The notes: a model not told the origin generated them from the letters alone. Positions 25,345 to 52,843 are shown, numbered from the stretch's first letter. The stretch: 64,000 bases of DNA from Amoebidium appalachense (GCA_963693365.1 CAVNZM010000007.1:5515962-5579961), one strand, 5' to 3'. Numbers and translations: made by a program.

Positions 25345-26033
25345 TCAATCTGTTTGCACAGACGTCGACGCAACATAGTAGTTGGCTTGGTCTTGGCGTC
25401 CAACAGTTCCTTCTTCTTGATGTTCCCCTTCTGCATCGGGTTGGAAGTCCTTGGGGTCGAGCACCTCAAGGGTGCAACGGCGGAGGTGATCAGTGAGGGC
25501 CGCGGCATACCCGGGATCCACCAATAGCTCAAGAATCTGGCCACCAATGAACGAGTAGGAATGGATAACACTCGTGCGCACTCGGAGGGCCTGGAAGTCC
25601 GCCATGATTTCGCGGATGTAGTAACGACGGAAAAGACGGACATATACCGCGGTGAGGTCAGAGGAGGATTGGCCAGAGGCCGTGCCCGTGGTAGGCTGGA
25701 CTGGCTGCTTGGGCGGACGAGCCTTGAGTCGTTGAGCCGCATTCACAAAATCATCAACAAGGTGCACGTTTTGACCGAATGGAGCGAGCCACCGTGAGAG
25801 CGAAACTCATCGGGGCCTTGAGTAACAGCCGCGGCATAAGAACGCTGCTGGGGCTCACACACCAACTGAGAAGCGAGTGCATGAGTGGTACCACCGGCCC
25901 GGGGAGTAGTATCGCCAACAGCGTCACGGGGAGCAGGAAAAACAGGGGGAATCTGAACAGGAGCAGGCTCAACACGGACGGGTTCGGATTCTGCTTGAGG
26001 AATAGGCCGAGACGAGTCAGGTTGTTTAATCAC
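25345..26033 (-). mobile_element. Degenerate ORF1-like remnant of a non-LTR retrotransposon
   Basis: Frameshifted segments containing SYAAAV and LTAVYVRLFRRYYIREIMADFQALRVRTSVIHSYSFIGGQILELLVDPGYAAAL..VLDPKDFQP resemble, from recall, ORF1 proteins of LINEs in early-diverging fungi. Not verified by search. Confidence 0.5.
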
Positions 26034-26654
26034 AATTCATGATCATACGTGTCTTTACTATTAGGATTTACGAAATTTCAATTGTGTAGAAATTTATGTT
26101 TGTGCTGAAATTTCAGATGCGATAAATATTTATGTTCTAGGTAGGTTTATGTGTTTGAATCCTCAAGCACGTGGATAATGTATCTTGGGGAGCATGGTGT
26201 AGTGTAGTGTAGATGTAGTGTGTCTTGGGGAGGAGAGCTAAAGTATGATGAGTGTGCACGCGTGTGAGCAAGCCACACTTCATCTACTGACGCCATCATC
26301 CACATGCGTAGAGATCACGTACTTACCATGTATGGTAAGAGTGCGCGTATAACTGATAGGAATTACTCTATTGTAATGGCCAATCAGATTCATCCCTGTC
26401 CCACCGGGAATCATCGTGCGAACTCCTCCCTGTGAGGAGTGTACCACGAGACACACGACTGACAGGCTCAGTCGTACGTAGTTGTATGTTGCATACGTCG
26501 TGTACGTTGTGTTAATAGAAAGTCTGTGTCGACCATGCTACCCTACACACCACTGTGCCTCTGTAAGGACTCTACTTCTCAGTTCCTCCCCCCCCCCCCC
26601 TCCCCTCCCCCCTCTCCGAGAGGATGGCCATGGGTTCTGCTTATTATGCTGCAT

Positions 26655-26685
<31 letters not shown>

Positions 26686-27032
26686 TCCCCCCCCCCCCCC
26701 CCCTCCCCTCCTCCTCCTCCCAAGGCTTCCCCTCCCCTCTCCCCTCCCCTCTCACTCTTTCTTGCACCCTCCAATTAAGAACTTTTCAGATTGTAGCCTT
26801 CCCCGCTCTTTATGAAGTTTGCCCTTTTTCTGACATCTCAACATTACAGGCGTGAACTCATTATTATGAACAACTTCCTGACACGACTCACCTCGAGCTC
26901 GGTTACTTGACACTAATATTTTTAACATCCCCCCCCCCCCCCCCCCCCCCCCCTCCCTCCCCCTCTCGAGGCCATCCCCCCCCTCCCCCCCACACACACC
27001 TTCTCTTTCCCCTCACAACACTACTTTCCTCC

Positions 27033-27084
<52 letters not shown>

Positions 27085-27884
27085 TTCCCCCCCCCCCCGC
27101 CGCCGCCGCCCCCGTTTAGTAAAGTGAACACATGTACAGAGTCACAGCCGCAGGCTCATGACCCCTACCGCCACAACATTAATTGTCGATTAACTTCGTC
27201 ATGATATCAGTGGTGGGCTATAGACACAATGTATATGAGCTTCATTTCTACTCGTGTTTTATTGCACCATGGTCATATTCCTTCTTTCGGCAGCCACTAC
27301 CCCCGCCCAACTGTTCACGCACGCACGTCTCGCCCTGCTATATAGGTATGGCACATGTACACGGCGACGGACCCGGCTCAATCCGAATCGACCCCACACA
27401 CAAAAGTGTTGAACTTATACCATGCATAACAAAGAAGAATAAGTATTATTAAGAAGCATATGTAGGTGTGCATTCTTTCCCCTGTGTTCTTTTTTTTCTT
27501 TCCAAAAATTAAAGCTGCGAACACACACCCCAGGTGAGTCGACGTCCGCGGCGCCATGAGAGGCGCCATGCTGTAAAGTTGGTGAGCCTACCCGCCCGCT
27601 GAATCACGCTGATGTCATAAGCAACCAATCGCTTGGTAGTAAATAAAAGTATTTGTCGACTTGATTCGTAGATCTAAATCTATTTCTTTCCGGGCGAACT
27701 ACGTCAGCAAATTCCTGAATTTGCTGAGCTCATATGCCGACTCGGCGGCAGCCAAAAAAGTCCCTACAAAAGGCAGTCGTCCGCACTCTACAAAACCATC
27801 CAAAACTCAAAAACATTAACACACAACCAAACCAAAAAGTGAGAAAAGTACGCAGCTTCTTATTATATAACCGACATCTCGAAA

Positions 27885-28523
27885 ATGACGCAAAACACAA
27901 ACGTTATCACCAAGGAGTCCGAGGCCTCGCAGTGGACGTCCTCCGGCGCCCCCCCACAGACACTCTATCCTACCTACGACACCTACCCACCACCACCCAC
28001 ACCATTTGCACCCAACAACTGCCAGATCCCTCCCGCCCAGGGCGTGGCCGGCGCACCTTCATCTCTCCTCCCACGCCCCTCTCTTCCCTCCCTGCCCTCC
28101 TACAGCATCAACGAGACTCTCAGTGGCCCACCCTCCGGGCCACCCCCCCAATACGAAGTTATTTTTGCGCATAACCCTGCCTCTGCCACCGCCACCTTCA
28201 ACAATCCCCTCCTCGTGACCTGCGGCCACTGCCAGCGCCAGGTCGTCTCTGTGATCAAACACTCACCGGGAGTGTTGACCTGGCTGGCTGCCGGTGGTCT
28301 CTGTGCCGTGGGGCTGTGGTTTGTTGCGTGGGTGCCCTTTGTTGTTCGCGAGGCAAAGGACGCAGTGCACGTGTGCCCGAGCTGTGGTGGATGCCTGGCA
28401 AAGGTCCGCCGCCTGCAGTTCCGCACGGAGAAAAATAGGGCAAGGTGCGGCAGTGTGCAGACATCGGTGGCTGCAGTGAGGGTGGAGGATTCGGCGGCAG
28501 ATGTAAAGCGCACAACTCTGTAG
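27885..28523 (+). CDS. LITAF/SIMPLE-domain protein (intronless, 212 aa)
   Basis: Pro-rich N-terminus with LPSY and PPQY (PY) motifs, then CGHC, a hydrophobic stretch (GVLTWLAAGGLCAVGLWFVAWVPF) and KDAVHVCPSC, which is the LITAF zinc-ribbon signature. Confidence 0.92.
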   Translation: MTQNTNVITKESEASQWTSSGAPPQTLYPTYDTYPPPPTPFAPNNCQIPPAQGVAGAPSSLLPRPSLPSLPSYSINETLSGPPSGPPPQYEVIFAHNPASATATFNNPLLVTCGHCQRQVVSVIKHSPGVLTWLAAGGLCAVGLWFVAWVPFVVREAKDAVHVCPSCGGCLAKVRRLQFRTEKNRARCGSVQTSVAAVRVEDSAADVKRTTL

Positions 28524-28857
28524 TTTGGTGAAATCGCCAAACAATGTTTTTTGTTGTCGGCATTTTTCTTTTTTGTTTGAAAAGATCACGAAGATGATCC
28601 GGGAAATGTTTGTGACTTAATATTGTCTTTGCATAGCATCTGTCACTGAATGGCAAAACTATAGGCTAGATATCGGAAATATTTTGTGGCCTGTACCGAA
28701 AATGATGAGACTTGCATAAATGTGTGAATGTACAATAAATGTGTGTTCAGTGAAAGGTTTTAGAGAGGAATATTGCCTTGTTGCCATTTAACGGTATGAG
28801 GCCGTGCCTCGCGGGTAAACTAAACTATAAGCTATCACCGAAAAATTTACATGGGCA

Positions 28858-29261
28858 TTTTCCAGAAAAAAAGTGTCGTCGGAGCCAATCGGAAGGGAGC
28901 ATCAAAGCGCCTGCATGTGTTATAGCCAATGAAATGAGCCTGTTTATGTATGGCCACCCCCCATCCCCATTCCACCCCCCCCCCCCCTCCCCCCCCCCCC
29001 CCCCGGCGTCTCCCCTCGCCCCCCCCCCCCCCTCCTCCTCCCCCCCCCTCCCCCCCCCCCCCCCCCCCCCCCCCGCCCCCTCCCCCCCGCAGCCGCCCCC
29101 AAAATTTGATAAAGCGAGGAAACTATGTAGTACGCGCTCTGTGCAAGCCACACACTGCACCTCAGCCTGTGCGTTTTTCAGAATAAAGGTGTGGTCGGAG
29201 CCAATGGGAAGGGCCCATCAAAGCTCCTGTACATGTTGTAGCCAATGAAACGAGGCTATTT
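28858..29261 (+). repeat. Pair of ~88-bp diverged direct repeats, each with two CCAAT boxes
   Basis: 28858-28946 versus 29175-29261 (GTCGGAGCCAAT.GGAAGGG..CATCAAAGC..TAGCCAATGAAA). Confidence 0.7.
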
Positions 29262-30252
29262 GATTTGTATGTCTTGGCCCATCAAACTGAGTATCCTGCA
29301 TATCCAATTGCTCCAGATAATGTAATGGCTAGCCCGATTTGGAAATGGCTGGCTGGGTATATATATATACTGCGCGCTTATTCGACCCACAGTTATTATG
29401 TTTTAATTTCCAGCACAGCCACTTATATGCTGCCGTTAAATTGGTGCAAAGTATTATCATCCCATTATTAGTGGCCGGTATGCGCCGGTAGTGCACATGA
29501 GAGTTCTGGGGCCCAAACTTTGTGTGGAACCATTGGGGAATTTTGAAAAATCCCGATACACAGGTTAAATGCATGCAACTTCCGTGGATATGCTACTTTT
29601 TCCTTGCACGCAAGGCGTTTGAGTTTACCAGTAGAGCATGTACTGTACATGTGTTTATGAGTACGGAGCATGTACTGTACATGTGTTTATGAGTAGTACG
29701 TACCCAAGCTCACCCCCCCCCTCCCCCCTCCCCCCCTCCCCCCCCCCTCCCCCCTCCCCCCGCCGCCGGCGCCCTCCCGCCGGCCTACCCGGCCTCCCCC
29801 CTTCACTATAACATAGTGTGGTGGTGCTGTGGAGTAAAGGGTGGTGGGGTGCTAAAGGATACACTATGTCAGATACACTATAGTCCTGCGTTAACATTTT
29901 TTTTTTCACAGGAGAATTCTTGATCAAATGCATGACATGTGGATGTCTCCTTAATTCCTTGTACATCACTCGCCGTTGATATATGAGGTGCTCAGTAGTT
30001 CATGGAAATTTGTCATGCATAAGCGGCGCGCAAATCAACCAGGCCCAATATATTTTTCGGTCTCCCTTCCTCCCGGGCCCCCTCCCCCCCTCCCCCCTCC
30101 CCCCCTCCCCCCTCCCCCCCCCCCCCCCCCCCCCTCCCCTCTCCCGGCCCCCTCCCTCTCCCTCCTCCCGCCTTTCCTCGAGGGTCCTAAGGATAGTTAT
30201 ACCTCCCTCGAGGCTCCCTATTTCTCCCCCCTCCCCTCCTCGGATCCTTCCC

Positions 30253-30296
<44 letters not shown>

Positions 30297-31527
30297 CCGC
30301 GGCCGCCGCCGCTGCCCTGGCCATCCCCCTCTCTCCTCCCATGTGTCCGCGCGTGTGTGTATGTGCGTGCGAACATGCACATGCATGCATGCATAAATGA
30401 ACGGGTGTATGTGTGTGTGCGCGCGCACGTGCGCGCGTGCATGGATATGTGTGTGTGTGTGTTTGACCGTCGTGCGTCATGCCCGAACTGGGCCGGGGCC
30501 GACACCGGGCAGACTGAAGGTTTGAAGGCTTTGACACAATTGAATGACGTGTGTGTGTGTGAGTGTGTGTGTGAGTACGCAGTAGAGAAAGTGTGTGTGT
30601 GTGTGTGTGTGCTTTAAATTTGTGGTACGCTTGACTGCATGCTCCATGAGCGTGTGATCATGAACGTGTGTGCGTGAGTGCGTGAGTGTGTGAAAGAGTG
30701 TGCGCGCGCGTACATGTGCGAGTGTACTGTAACATGCGTGCACGCATGTATGTGTGTGTGCATGCATGCGTGTGTATGTGTGAATGTGTATGTGTTCATG
30801 TGTGACAGATGCACCCGGCATTTCTGAATCCATGTACTACATCCGACTGTGACATGCATGGGCATGGTCTTAATATTGAGCTTATATCTAAATAGACCAT
30901 CCACACAATCTTCCACTGAAAGTTTCAAATTTCAGCTCAAACATTCAGCTCAAATTTCGACTCTTGGCACTTTTTTTCACGTTTATTGCCGTTGTGTTTC
31001 GTCTCCTCATGAAGTACACACCGGCGCCCCGCACCAGCTTTGTCACACGTGCACAGGCAATCACACAACATACCCATGTAATTTCAGGTACAAACTATCC
31101 AACAATTATCCCGCTGGACTTAGCTCGAATGATCGTAAAATGTAATGCAATAATTCAAAATCAAAGAAAAGAAAACGCCGATTGTCCGATGCAGGAAAAC
31201 AAAAGAGTTTCCACCTGAATGAAGAAAAGAGACACAGATAGAAGCGCAAAGGTGATGTGCGTGTTGTTTAGAACATACAGAAACGATACCCACGTATCCA
31301 ACGCAAAAACAAGACATATGTGAGTATTAAGAAACTATAGCACGAAACTTGAGTAACCATGCGAAAATATGAAAGGAAGAGCATGCAAAGCATTAGCAAC
31401 CATGAAATAACGTTCAACGGAAGGTTGTTCGATGCATGAGCAAATAGTAAATGCAAGCTTAAGTTTTTGTGTCTGCATGTGTATGAATATGTGTGCGTGG
31501 TGAGTAGGTATACATATCCACGTATGT

Positions 31528-31643
<116 letters not shown>

Positions 31644-31771
31644 ATGTGTGTGTGTCCTTGTCTGTGTGTGCAAATGTCCAGCATGTTTTAAGCGGCAGGA
31701 AGGGCCCAAATCCCGTCGACACACGTGCCAATAGGTCTGTGCTTCCGAAGTCCACCCCAGCCAGGCCACCC

Positions 31772-43034
<11,263 letters not shown>

Positions 43035-43595
43035 CCTACCCTACCGTGCCTTAAAGGCCCAACCCTAACCACTAATTACTGCAGAAATAACCACCAAATT
43101 CCTCGTGAAGGCAAACATCGGCTGCTCCACCAGTCTCAAGAAAGTCTCCTCTCTATCAAGCTCGTGAGGATGGGAGAACCCGTCCAATACTGATTATCCC
43201 TAGGCCAACGTGTGAGCGGGCGGTAAGCGGAAAAAATGCCAGCGTCTCCTCGAAAAAAAAACTGTCGCTTTCACTACTCTACAGCCCTGCACGTATATGT
43301 TTTCATAATCCAGCACACGTCGCCTACTTAACACGCACACACACACACACACACACCCTTTGGCCCTGCCAACTTGACGCTTTTGCCGTGTGTCAGTGCC
43401 CTGCGCATGGCTGGGAGCTGTGCGGTTCCAGGGTTGTGTGTCACGGTGTTGGCTCACAAATCGGCCCGGAAGAGACTTTCGGGCCGACGCAGTCCGATCA
43501 CCCCCCTGGGTTTGTGTGATCAGCCTATGGATGACGCCCCGGGGCCTCGATCCGCCGCCGGGCGCTTGGCCGGCCCGTGGCCAGCAGAGCCCCCT

Positions 43596-43639
<44 letters not shown>

Positions 43640-43736
43640 AAAAAAAAAAAAAAAAAAAACAGCTTTGAGGGTACCGGTAGCGACTGAATTATATATATCA
43701 GTGCAATTCTAAAACAATTCTTCCAAACTTCCAACT

Positions 43737-43812
43737 GATTTTAGTCGACATCAGCATGCAATCTAGCTGTGGCCGATTTTAGTCGACATCAGCATGCAAT
43801 CTAGCTGTGGCC
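43737..43812 (+). repeat. ~38-bp tandem duplication
   Basis: GATTTTAGTCGACATCAGCATGCAATCTAGCTGTGGCC occurs twice. Confidence 0.9.
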
Positions 43813-44710
43813 CTTGGGGGTGTTGGATCAAACGCACTTGTATATATGGCCGGATCCAGTGAGAGTCATCTGTTCAATTCCTGATCGATCACAGTGACAC
43901 GATAACGAGTACCAGCGGATCCGGATGATCTACTGTGATAGGCCAAGGCTTGTTTTTGCCTACAGTACAAGTGTCAATGACATGTACAATGGTGCATGTG
44001 GTTATTGTGTGTGCATGCGCATGCTATGTATGTGTGACACTGTGTGTGTGGTGTGTGTGTATGTCTCTCTCTCTTTCTCTGTGTGTGTGTGTGTTTGTGT
44101 GTGTGTGCCAGTGTGCACGTGCGTGTGTTTGTGTGTATGTTAGTGTTTGTATACTGTACATGTGTGCATGCTGTGTGTGTGCATGTGTGCCCTTGTGCCA
44201 GCGCGTGCATACCCTTTTTTTTGTGTGGCCCTGGCATATGTACATGTGCACGTGGGGTAGAGCTTGGGGGCCGGGGCAGGTGTGTGCACGTGCATGTGCG
44301 TTGTGGGGTCGGGGGCCCCTCCGGGGGGAAGAACTTTCCATTGCAATTGCTGAAGTGGGACAGTCCATGTCGCGATCGACGCGTACATGTGCACGTGCGC
44401 AGTAACCCAAATTCACAGAAGAATATACAGGGGCCGGAAATAGGTCCTGGAGGAGGGGGGAGGGGGGGTTATAGGGAGACACAGATAACGAGAGAGACAG
44501 GCCCTCAGGATGAGAGCCATAATTGGAGCCCGGGCGGCAAGAGCTACGTACACACGTGTCATGGTGCATGTGATTAGGTGTGCACGTGTGCGTGTGTGTG
44601 TGTGTATGTGTGTGACACTGCGCGCGTCACCTTGTGCATGTGTAAGTTTGTGTGTGTGTGTGCGTGTGTTTGTGTGTCTGTGTGTGTGTGTGTGTGTACA
44701 TCTGTGTGTG

Positions 44711-44749
<39 letters not shown>

Positions 44750-45328
44750 TGTGTGTACATGTACATGTGTGTGTATGCCTGCAGGTCATAATTTCTATCT
44801 GTGTTTGCAGGTGTGTGCATGTTTGTAAATGTGCATTGCGTACCCTGGTTTGTTTGTGCACCTGCATGTGTGGGGTTGAGGGACCCTTATGTGCCCTTTG
44901 TGTGAGGTGGGGACGGGGGGAGAGGGGGAGGGGAAGGGGGTGGGGAGGATTGCTGACGCGTATGGGACACAGTCCATGCCTTCGTGGCAATGTGCACCCA
45001 CAAACATAGAAGATTGCTTGCGCATGCACATACAGGACTCCACGACAATATTATGCCTTCATCATCGTGTATATGCGTGCATGTAGTCATGTGCACGTGT
45101 GGCAACTCGGAACGGAAGTACGAGAGCAAACCGAGTTCAACTGAGGTTGTGCAGCAAAGGCGAATCATGATGGTAGTACTGTCGGCTTGCACCGTCGCAC
45201 CCCAACCCCCCTCACCCCCCCCCCACCTCCCCACCCCGCAGAGTACGTTCTACAGATACGTATCGCTATCCCACTAGTCCCCCCCCCCCCCCCCCCCCCC
45301 CCGTCACTCCCCCCGTGCCCGCCCCCCC

Positions 45329-45359
<31 letters not shown>

Positions 45360-48108
45360 AAAAAAAAAAAAAAAGGGTTGTGTTGGTGGACCAGGTGGTG
45401 CTGGCGCTGCTGGTCACGTGGTGGTGGTGGTGGCTGGTGGCTGGGTGGGTGGATGGTGGGTGGTGGTGGTGGTGGTGGTGGTGGGGGGGGGGGGGGGGGG
45501 GGAAGGGGGGAGGGGGGGGGGGAAACCTGGAATCAATTAATGAAAAATACAGTAGACGAAAAGAAGGGAACTCAAAAGGCAGGAAGAGAAAAGAAAACAA
45601 AAAAGAAATTTCCCTAGGAAGGGGGGGAAAAAAGAAAATTCTAAAGAGAAGAGAATTCTAAGAAGATCTAGAGAAGAAAAGAAGAGAAAAGAAGAGAAGC
45701 GAAGAGAAGAGAAGAGAAGAGAAAAGAAGAAAATAAGAAAAGAGAAGAGAAGAGAAGAGACGGAAATGGAATAGTAACGAAATAAATAGCTAGACAGTGG
45801 CACAGTTGCAGTGCTCGTGCGTACGATGATCCATGCAGTGGTGTGCCGCTCGAGGCGCCTGCTAAGTGGAGAGTTTGGACTTTGGCGGGAAAATGTGACC
45901 AATCAGGCGCCGCAATGATCAGAAACCTCGGGAGTTCTGGAACGTCGAGCGCCGGGCGGCCAGGCTCGTCAACTGCCGCAGCCCGGAACAAAATAGTGTT
46001 ATACTGCTCACTTTGAGTGCTGTCTCCCCGCGGTCTCTCTGACACACCTTGTATGTCCCGCGGTCTAGTATAGTCCGGTAAATGTAAGCTAGCTGTATAG
46101 GTTCTAGGAGACTACGTCGACATTGAGCGCTGCTGTGTGATCATCAGATCGAAATCAATGAATGGAGATAGAGATAAATTAGACGGTAGAAGTATAATAA
46201 AGTGCGAGCGCACTCTGCACATGCACAGTGTGTGCGGCTTTTGCCCATTCTGCACACGAAGTCACTTTCATAGGACCTAATGCGATTTCCCAACCGTTCC
46301 ATCTCTGCTCACAAACTTTGGTTTCTTACAAACGTCAATCCACCATGTCTGACTTCCATGTATAGGCCAGCTGTTGTCTGCAGCGTGTGCGCTATGGACG
46401 CTACTACGAGGAGGGCCGCCTGTGTGAGGTACGCTCCAGGCGGTGGCCCGCGACGGCACACGTCGTGAATTCAATGTTCACCGTGTCATCATGGTGGGTT
46501 CCCCCCCCCCCCCCCCTCCCCGTCCCCCCGCCCCTCCCCCCCCCCCCCCCCCTCCCCCCCCACCGATTCTCCCGTTCCATACACACTAGATAACTCCTGA
46601 AACTCACAAATGCTCAGACTGGCAGCTTTCTATCTATCTTTTTGCCCCTCCCTCCCTGTTCCCATCCTTTCCACTCCCCTCTTCCTTTTTCCTTTCCCCT
46701 CTCGCGTGCTTTCCCCCACCTCCCTACCCCCCACTGTCTCTACCCCCTCCTCCCCTTCCCTCCTTGTCCCACTTCTATTATTCACGTTCCCGCTCTCACC
46801 CCCCCCCCCCCCCTCCCCCTCCCCCACTTCCCTTCTATCCCTCCCTCCCTGTCTCCCTCCCTCCCTCCTTCCCTCCCTCCCTCCTCTTCTCTATCTCTCC
46901 CTCATCTCTCCCTCCCCTTCATTCCCTCCCTCTCTCCCTTCCGCCTTTTACCTCTTCCCCCCCCATCCCCCCCCCCCCACCGTGCTCCCTCCCTTGGCGC
47001 CCAATGCCACTCTCACTGGATGTGTGTGCGCGTGCACGCGTGTATATGTTTGCTTCGTCCCTCCTCCCACTGTACCTTCTTCTATCTCCTCATCTCTAAT
47101 CTCGCAGTTTTATGTGGAAAAGCACACATACAGACACACGTATGCACTACTCACACAATTTTCGCAGGCGCCTGCATGCACACAAGGTCACCCACCCACC
47201 CACACACGCACACGTGCATTTCCTCTAACACTCCCCCTCCTCCCCTCCCTACACTCCCGTCTTCGTTTGTTAGACGAAAAATCCCACCCCATTTCCCCCT
47301 CTCTCCTGCCTTCACCCCCACTACCTATACTTTTTATGGCAATATTGTCCCCAGCTTAATTGCACACAAACGAAGACCCCAGACCCCCCCCCCCCCCCCC
47401 CCCCGCCCCTTGCCAGCCCCTCCCCGAGCACCACCATCATTATTACCCTAACCCTAAAGACCACATAAAAAAAGGGAAAGTAAACGCAAAAAGGGAAAAA
47501 AATGTTTTTGAGGCTTAGCGCTACTTCGTGTTCAATTTACTTATTCTGCACCATCATTTTTTCCCTTTGCCCTACATCATCTGCTACCCTTGGCCTGCCA
47601 ACTCCGCCCATCTCTTGCATTGCTTGCCCCGCTCGCCCTTCCCCCCCCCCCCCCCCCCCCCCCCCGTCCCTTCCTCCCCCCCCGCCCCACCCACCCACCC
47701 ACCCCCACACCTCCACCGCCACCACCACCAGCTCGTCCACCATAACCGGCTCAACTTTCTTCCTTCCCCCCCCCCCCCCCCCCCCCCTCCCCCCCTTCCC
47801 CTTCTCTCTTTCTCTTTCCCTCTGTCTCTCTCTCTCGGCCCCCTTCTCCCGCCTCTCTCTCTTTCTCCTGCACTCGCCCCCCTCCCCCCATCGTCTTGCT
47901 CCTTTTTCTCTCTGTTCCCCCCCTCCCCCCCCCCCCCCCCCCCCCCCCACACACACACACATACACGCCTCTCTGAAACACACATTCACACACACACACC
48001 CTTTAATACTACAGCCATATCCCTCTCTTCCTGCTTCTCTTCTAGAGTCATATTTTTGGCATTCCTGTCACTTTTCTGTGGAGCTCCACAAAGTCCTTGC
48101 AGCCCCCT

Positions 48109-48160
<52 letters not shown>

Positions 48161-48753
48161 ACAACAACACCACACACACACACATACAGGCACCGTGCAT
48201 GACACCTCTCACCCTCTCCTTTGTCCAGCCAACGCTATCATGTGATACTTGATTTCGGTATTTGTATTTGGGCGCTGGTGAATCTTTTTTGTCTCTTCTG
48301 TTAGGTTAAGCTTCATTGCGTTCCCTTCCCTGCCTGTGGCTTGCGACCCCCCCCCCCCCCCCCCCCCCCTCCCCCCTTCCCCCCCCGGGCGCTTTTCCCC
48401 ACCTTCGCCCACCCCCTCCACACGGCCGACAAACATGCAAAAAGTACTTAAACTATTTCTCAAAATAGAAAGCACGGCCGCTCTTAGCACATGCACATAG
48501 CCATGTTAACAGCTAGAGACGACGACAGAGCGAGGCTGGTGCACGTGTGTGTGGCGGGGGTGAGGGTGGGGGTGGGGCTGGGGAATGGTGTAGAGCGGCA
48601 AGAGAGCAAGGGGAGAGAGAAAGAGGATACGGAAGCCAGTTTTATGATAATTAATAAATAATAATAATCAGCCTATACACATAAAAACAAAATGCATGTT
48701 CGGGATAACAAGAATGTACGCACGTAATATCAGTTAACCAATACCACATGCAG

Positions 48754-50566
<1,813 letters not shown>

Positions 50567-51165
50567 TGGTGCTACAGTGGTAATTGTGGTTTTTTTCCCC
50601 TTCCTTTTCATCTTCTTCTTTGTCTTCTTCTTTTGTTTCCCCCCTTTTTTTTTTTTTTTTTTTTTTTGGATTGGGGGGGAGGGGGATGGGGGGTGGGGTG
50701 CAGGGGGGAAGGGGAGGGGGGTGGGGGGAGGCCTAGAAAGGATGGGGGAGGGGAGGGGAGGAGGGGGGGGGGGGCAGCATATGGATCTCAGATTAGCAAT
50801 TAATTACAGTAACTGCAGGGCATCCCTTTATATATGTATTTGTAATCGCGTTGGCTTCAATGATATGCATGTTAGTCATTATTTGACATCTTTACTTGAA
50901 GTTCTCAGAGGCTCTTGCATCTGCCAAGTGCCTTGTAAGCATAAACGGCCCGGTGATTATGACACTTAGAAGTTATACTATAGTATCTTTAGTTAGCATT
51001 CCATTAATATGTATAGTAAATCGTCACGACTGTGTAAGTACTGTATCTCATAGGCAGGCTGGTCTATGTACTTCAATATTCAATGCAAAAAATTGGTGTA
51101 ATATTAATTTATCAACCTCACAGACTGAGTGCTTTACCCATATGCACTGAGGCGCTATCGCGTAA

Positions 51166-51198
<33 letters not shown>

Positions 51199-51394
51199 GT
51201 GTGTTTCCGGATTGGCCGGAGGTAGCGGCCAATAGAGTGCAATATTGATGATCCCCAGACAGAAGGAACACGAGATATAGCTATACATAGAACCGTGCCG
51301 ACGAGAGCCCATAGGTTAACGGAGGTCGCTAGTACATTCAAAGCACTGTAACTTATATTGTATCATGGGCCCCAAAAAAACTTTAACCGATAAT

Positions 51395-51520
51395 ATAACC
51401 ATATAACCCTACCGAGTTTCTGGCCCCTAAATGTGGGAGCTGCGGGTCCCTTAACCAGAGCCCCCAAGGAGCTCGAGGGGCCGGACGTGTCCTTGATGTT
51501 GCAATCCCTCAGGGATCATA
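51395..51520 (+). repeat. Dispersed repeat family C (second copy ~62180-62300)
   Basis: Shared TAACCAT..AACCC(C)TA..TCTGG.CCCTAAATG.GGG.GCTGC...GCT.GAGGGGCC.GACG.G.CC...ATGT..GGGATC. Confidence 0.6.
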
Positions 51521-51676
51521 TGTAGTACGCGTGTCGAGTACCACCCTGATTTATTTGATCCAACCGTGTGGGTCCAACCAGGTGGGAGGTGACTTCAAAA
51601 ATAATAGGTAAAACCCGGGTAGGGTCTAGAATCTTAATGTTCTTCCGACCGTGGGGCTTGTTGTCTTATGTAATCC

Positions 51677-51710
<34 letters not shown>

Positions 51711-51740
51711 CCAACCAAATCCTCCCCCCCCCCCCCCCCA

Positions 51741-51792
<52 letters not shown>

Positions 51793-51844
51793 TAAATTGA
51801 ATTAAACTTTCTCCCACGGCCCCATGGTTGAATAAGGATTTTTT

Positions 51845-51876
<32 letters not shown>

Positions 51877-52360
51877 GGGGGAGGGGGGGGGGGGGGGGAT
51901 ATATGTGCAAGGGTGCAAGGGTGGCCATGCACTGCATCACAACCTTCCTCTATGAGGGGTGGTGACCCGCAAGTGTCATACTATCAAATAAAATTCATAT
52001 TTATCATATGGCATATATATTCATATATATTTACATTTGTACCGGTTGCGGATGACCCCTTCTATGCCACATTTGACATGTGTCCACCGTGGGCCAATGC
52101 AGTTAGTGATGCACAATGCATGCCGTTCAATTTGTGGGACCTCGAAAACGTGTCTATTGTAATGAGCCAATAAAATCGCGTACGCTGGCTTTGTTTTGTT
52201 CTTTGACTAGAAGTGGTAGTGTTCTTGAAAATGGGCAGGGAGGGAGGGGGGGGGGGGGGAGGGGGGGGGCTGGCGGGATAAGTATCCTCGCAGGCTTCTG
52301 TGCACTCATAATCACGGTATTCGTATCATTTGGCACCATGTTTGCACATAGCTCGCGCGT

Positions 52361-52412
<52 letters not shown>

Positions 52413-52432
52413 CACACACCCACACACACACT

Positions 52433-52540
<108 letters not shown>

Positions 52541-52621
52541 CGGTGCACCGCGTCGCACACACAAGGTACCTAATGAAACGTGCACATACCCCCGCCCCCT
52601 CCTTCCCCCTCCCTCCCTCCC

Positions 52622-52665
<44 letters not shown>

Positions 52666-52811
52666 TTCTCCTCCTCCTCTGCTGGACTTTTCTACTTTTC
52701 TCCGGGCAAATGTGGGTGTGTGGGGAAGGTACCGTAGAGGAGGGGCTAAGAATTGGGTGGAATAGAGGTGGTGGGTGGATGGCCTATGGGGGTGGGGAAG
52801 AGGGGGAGGAA

Positions 52812-52843
<32 letters not shown>

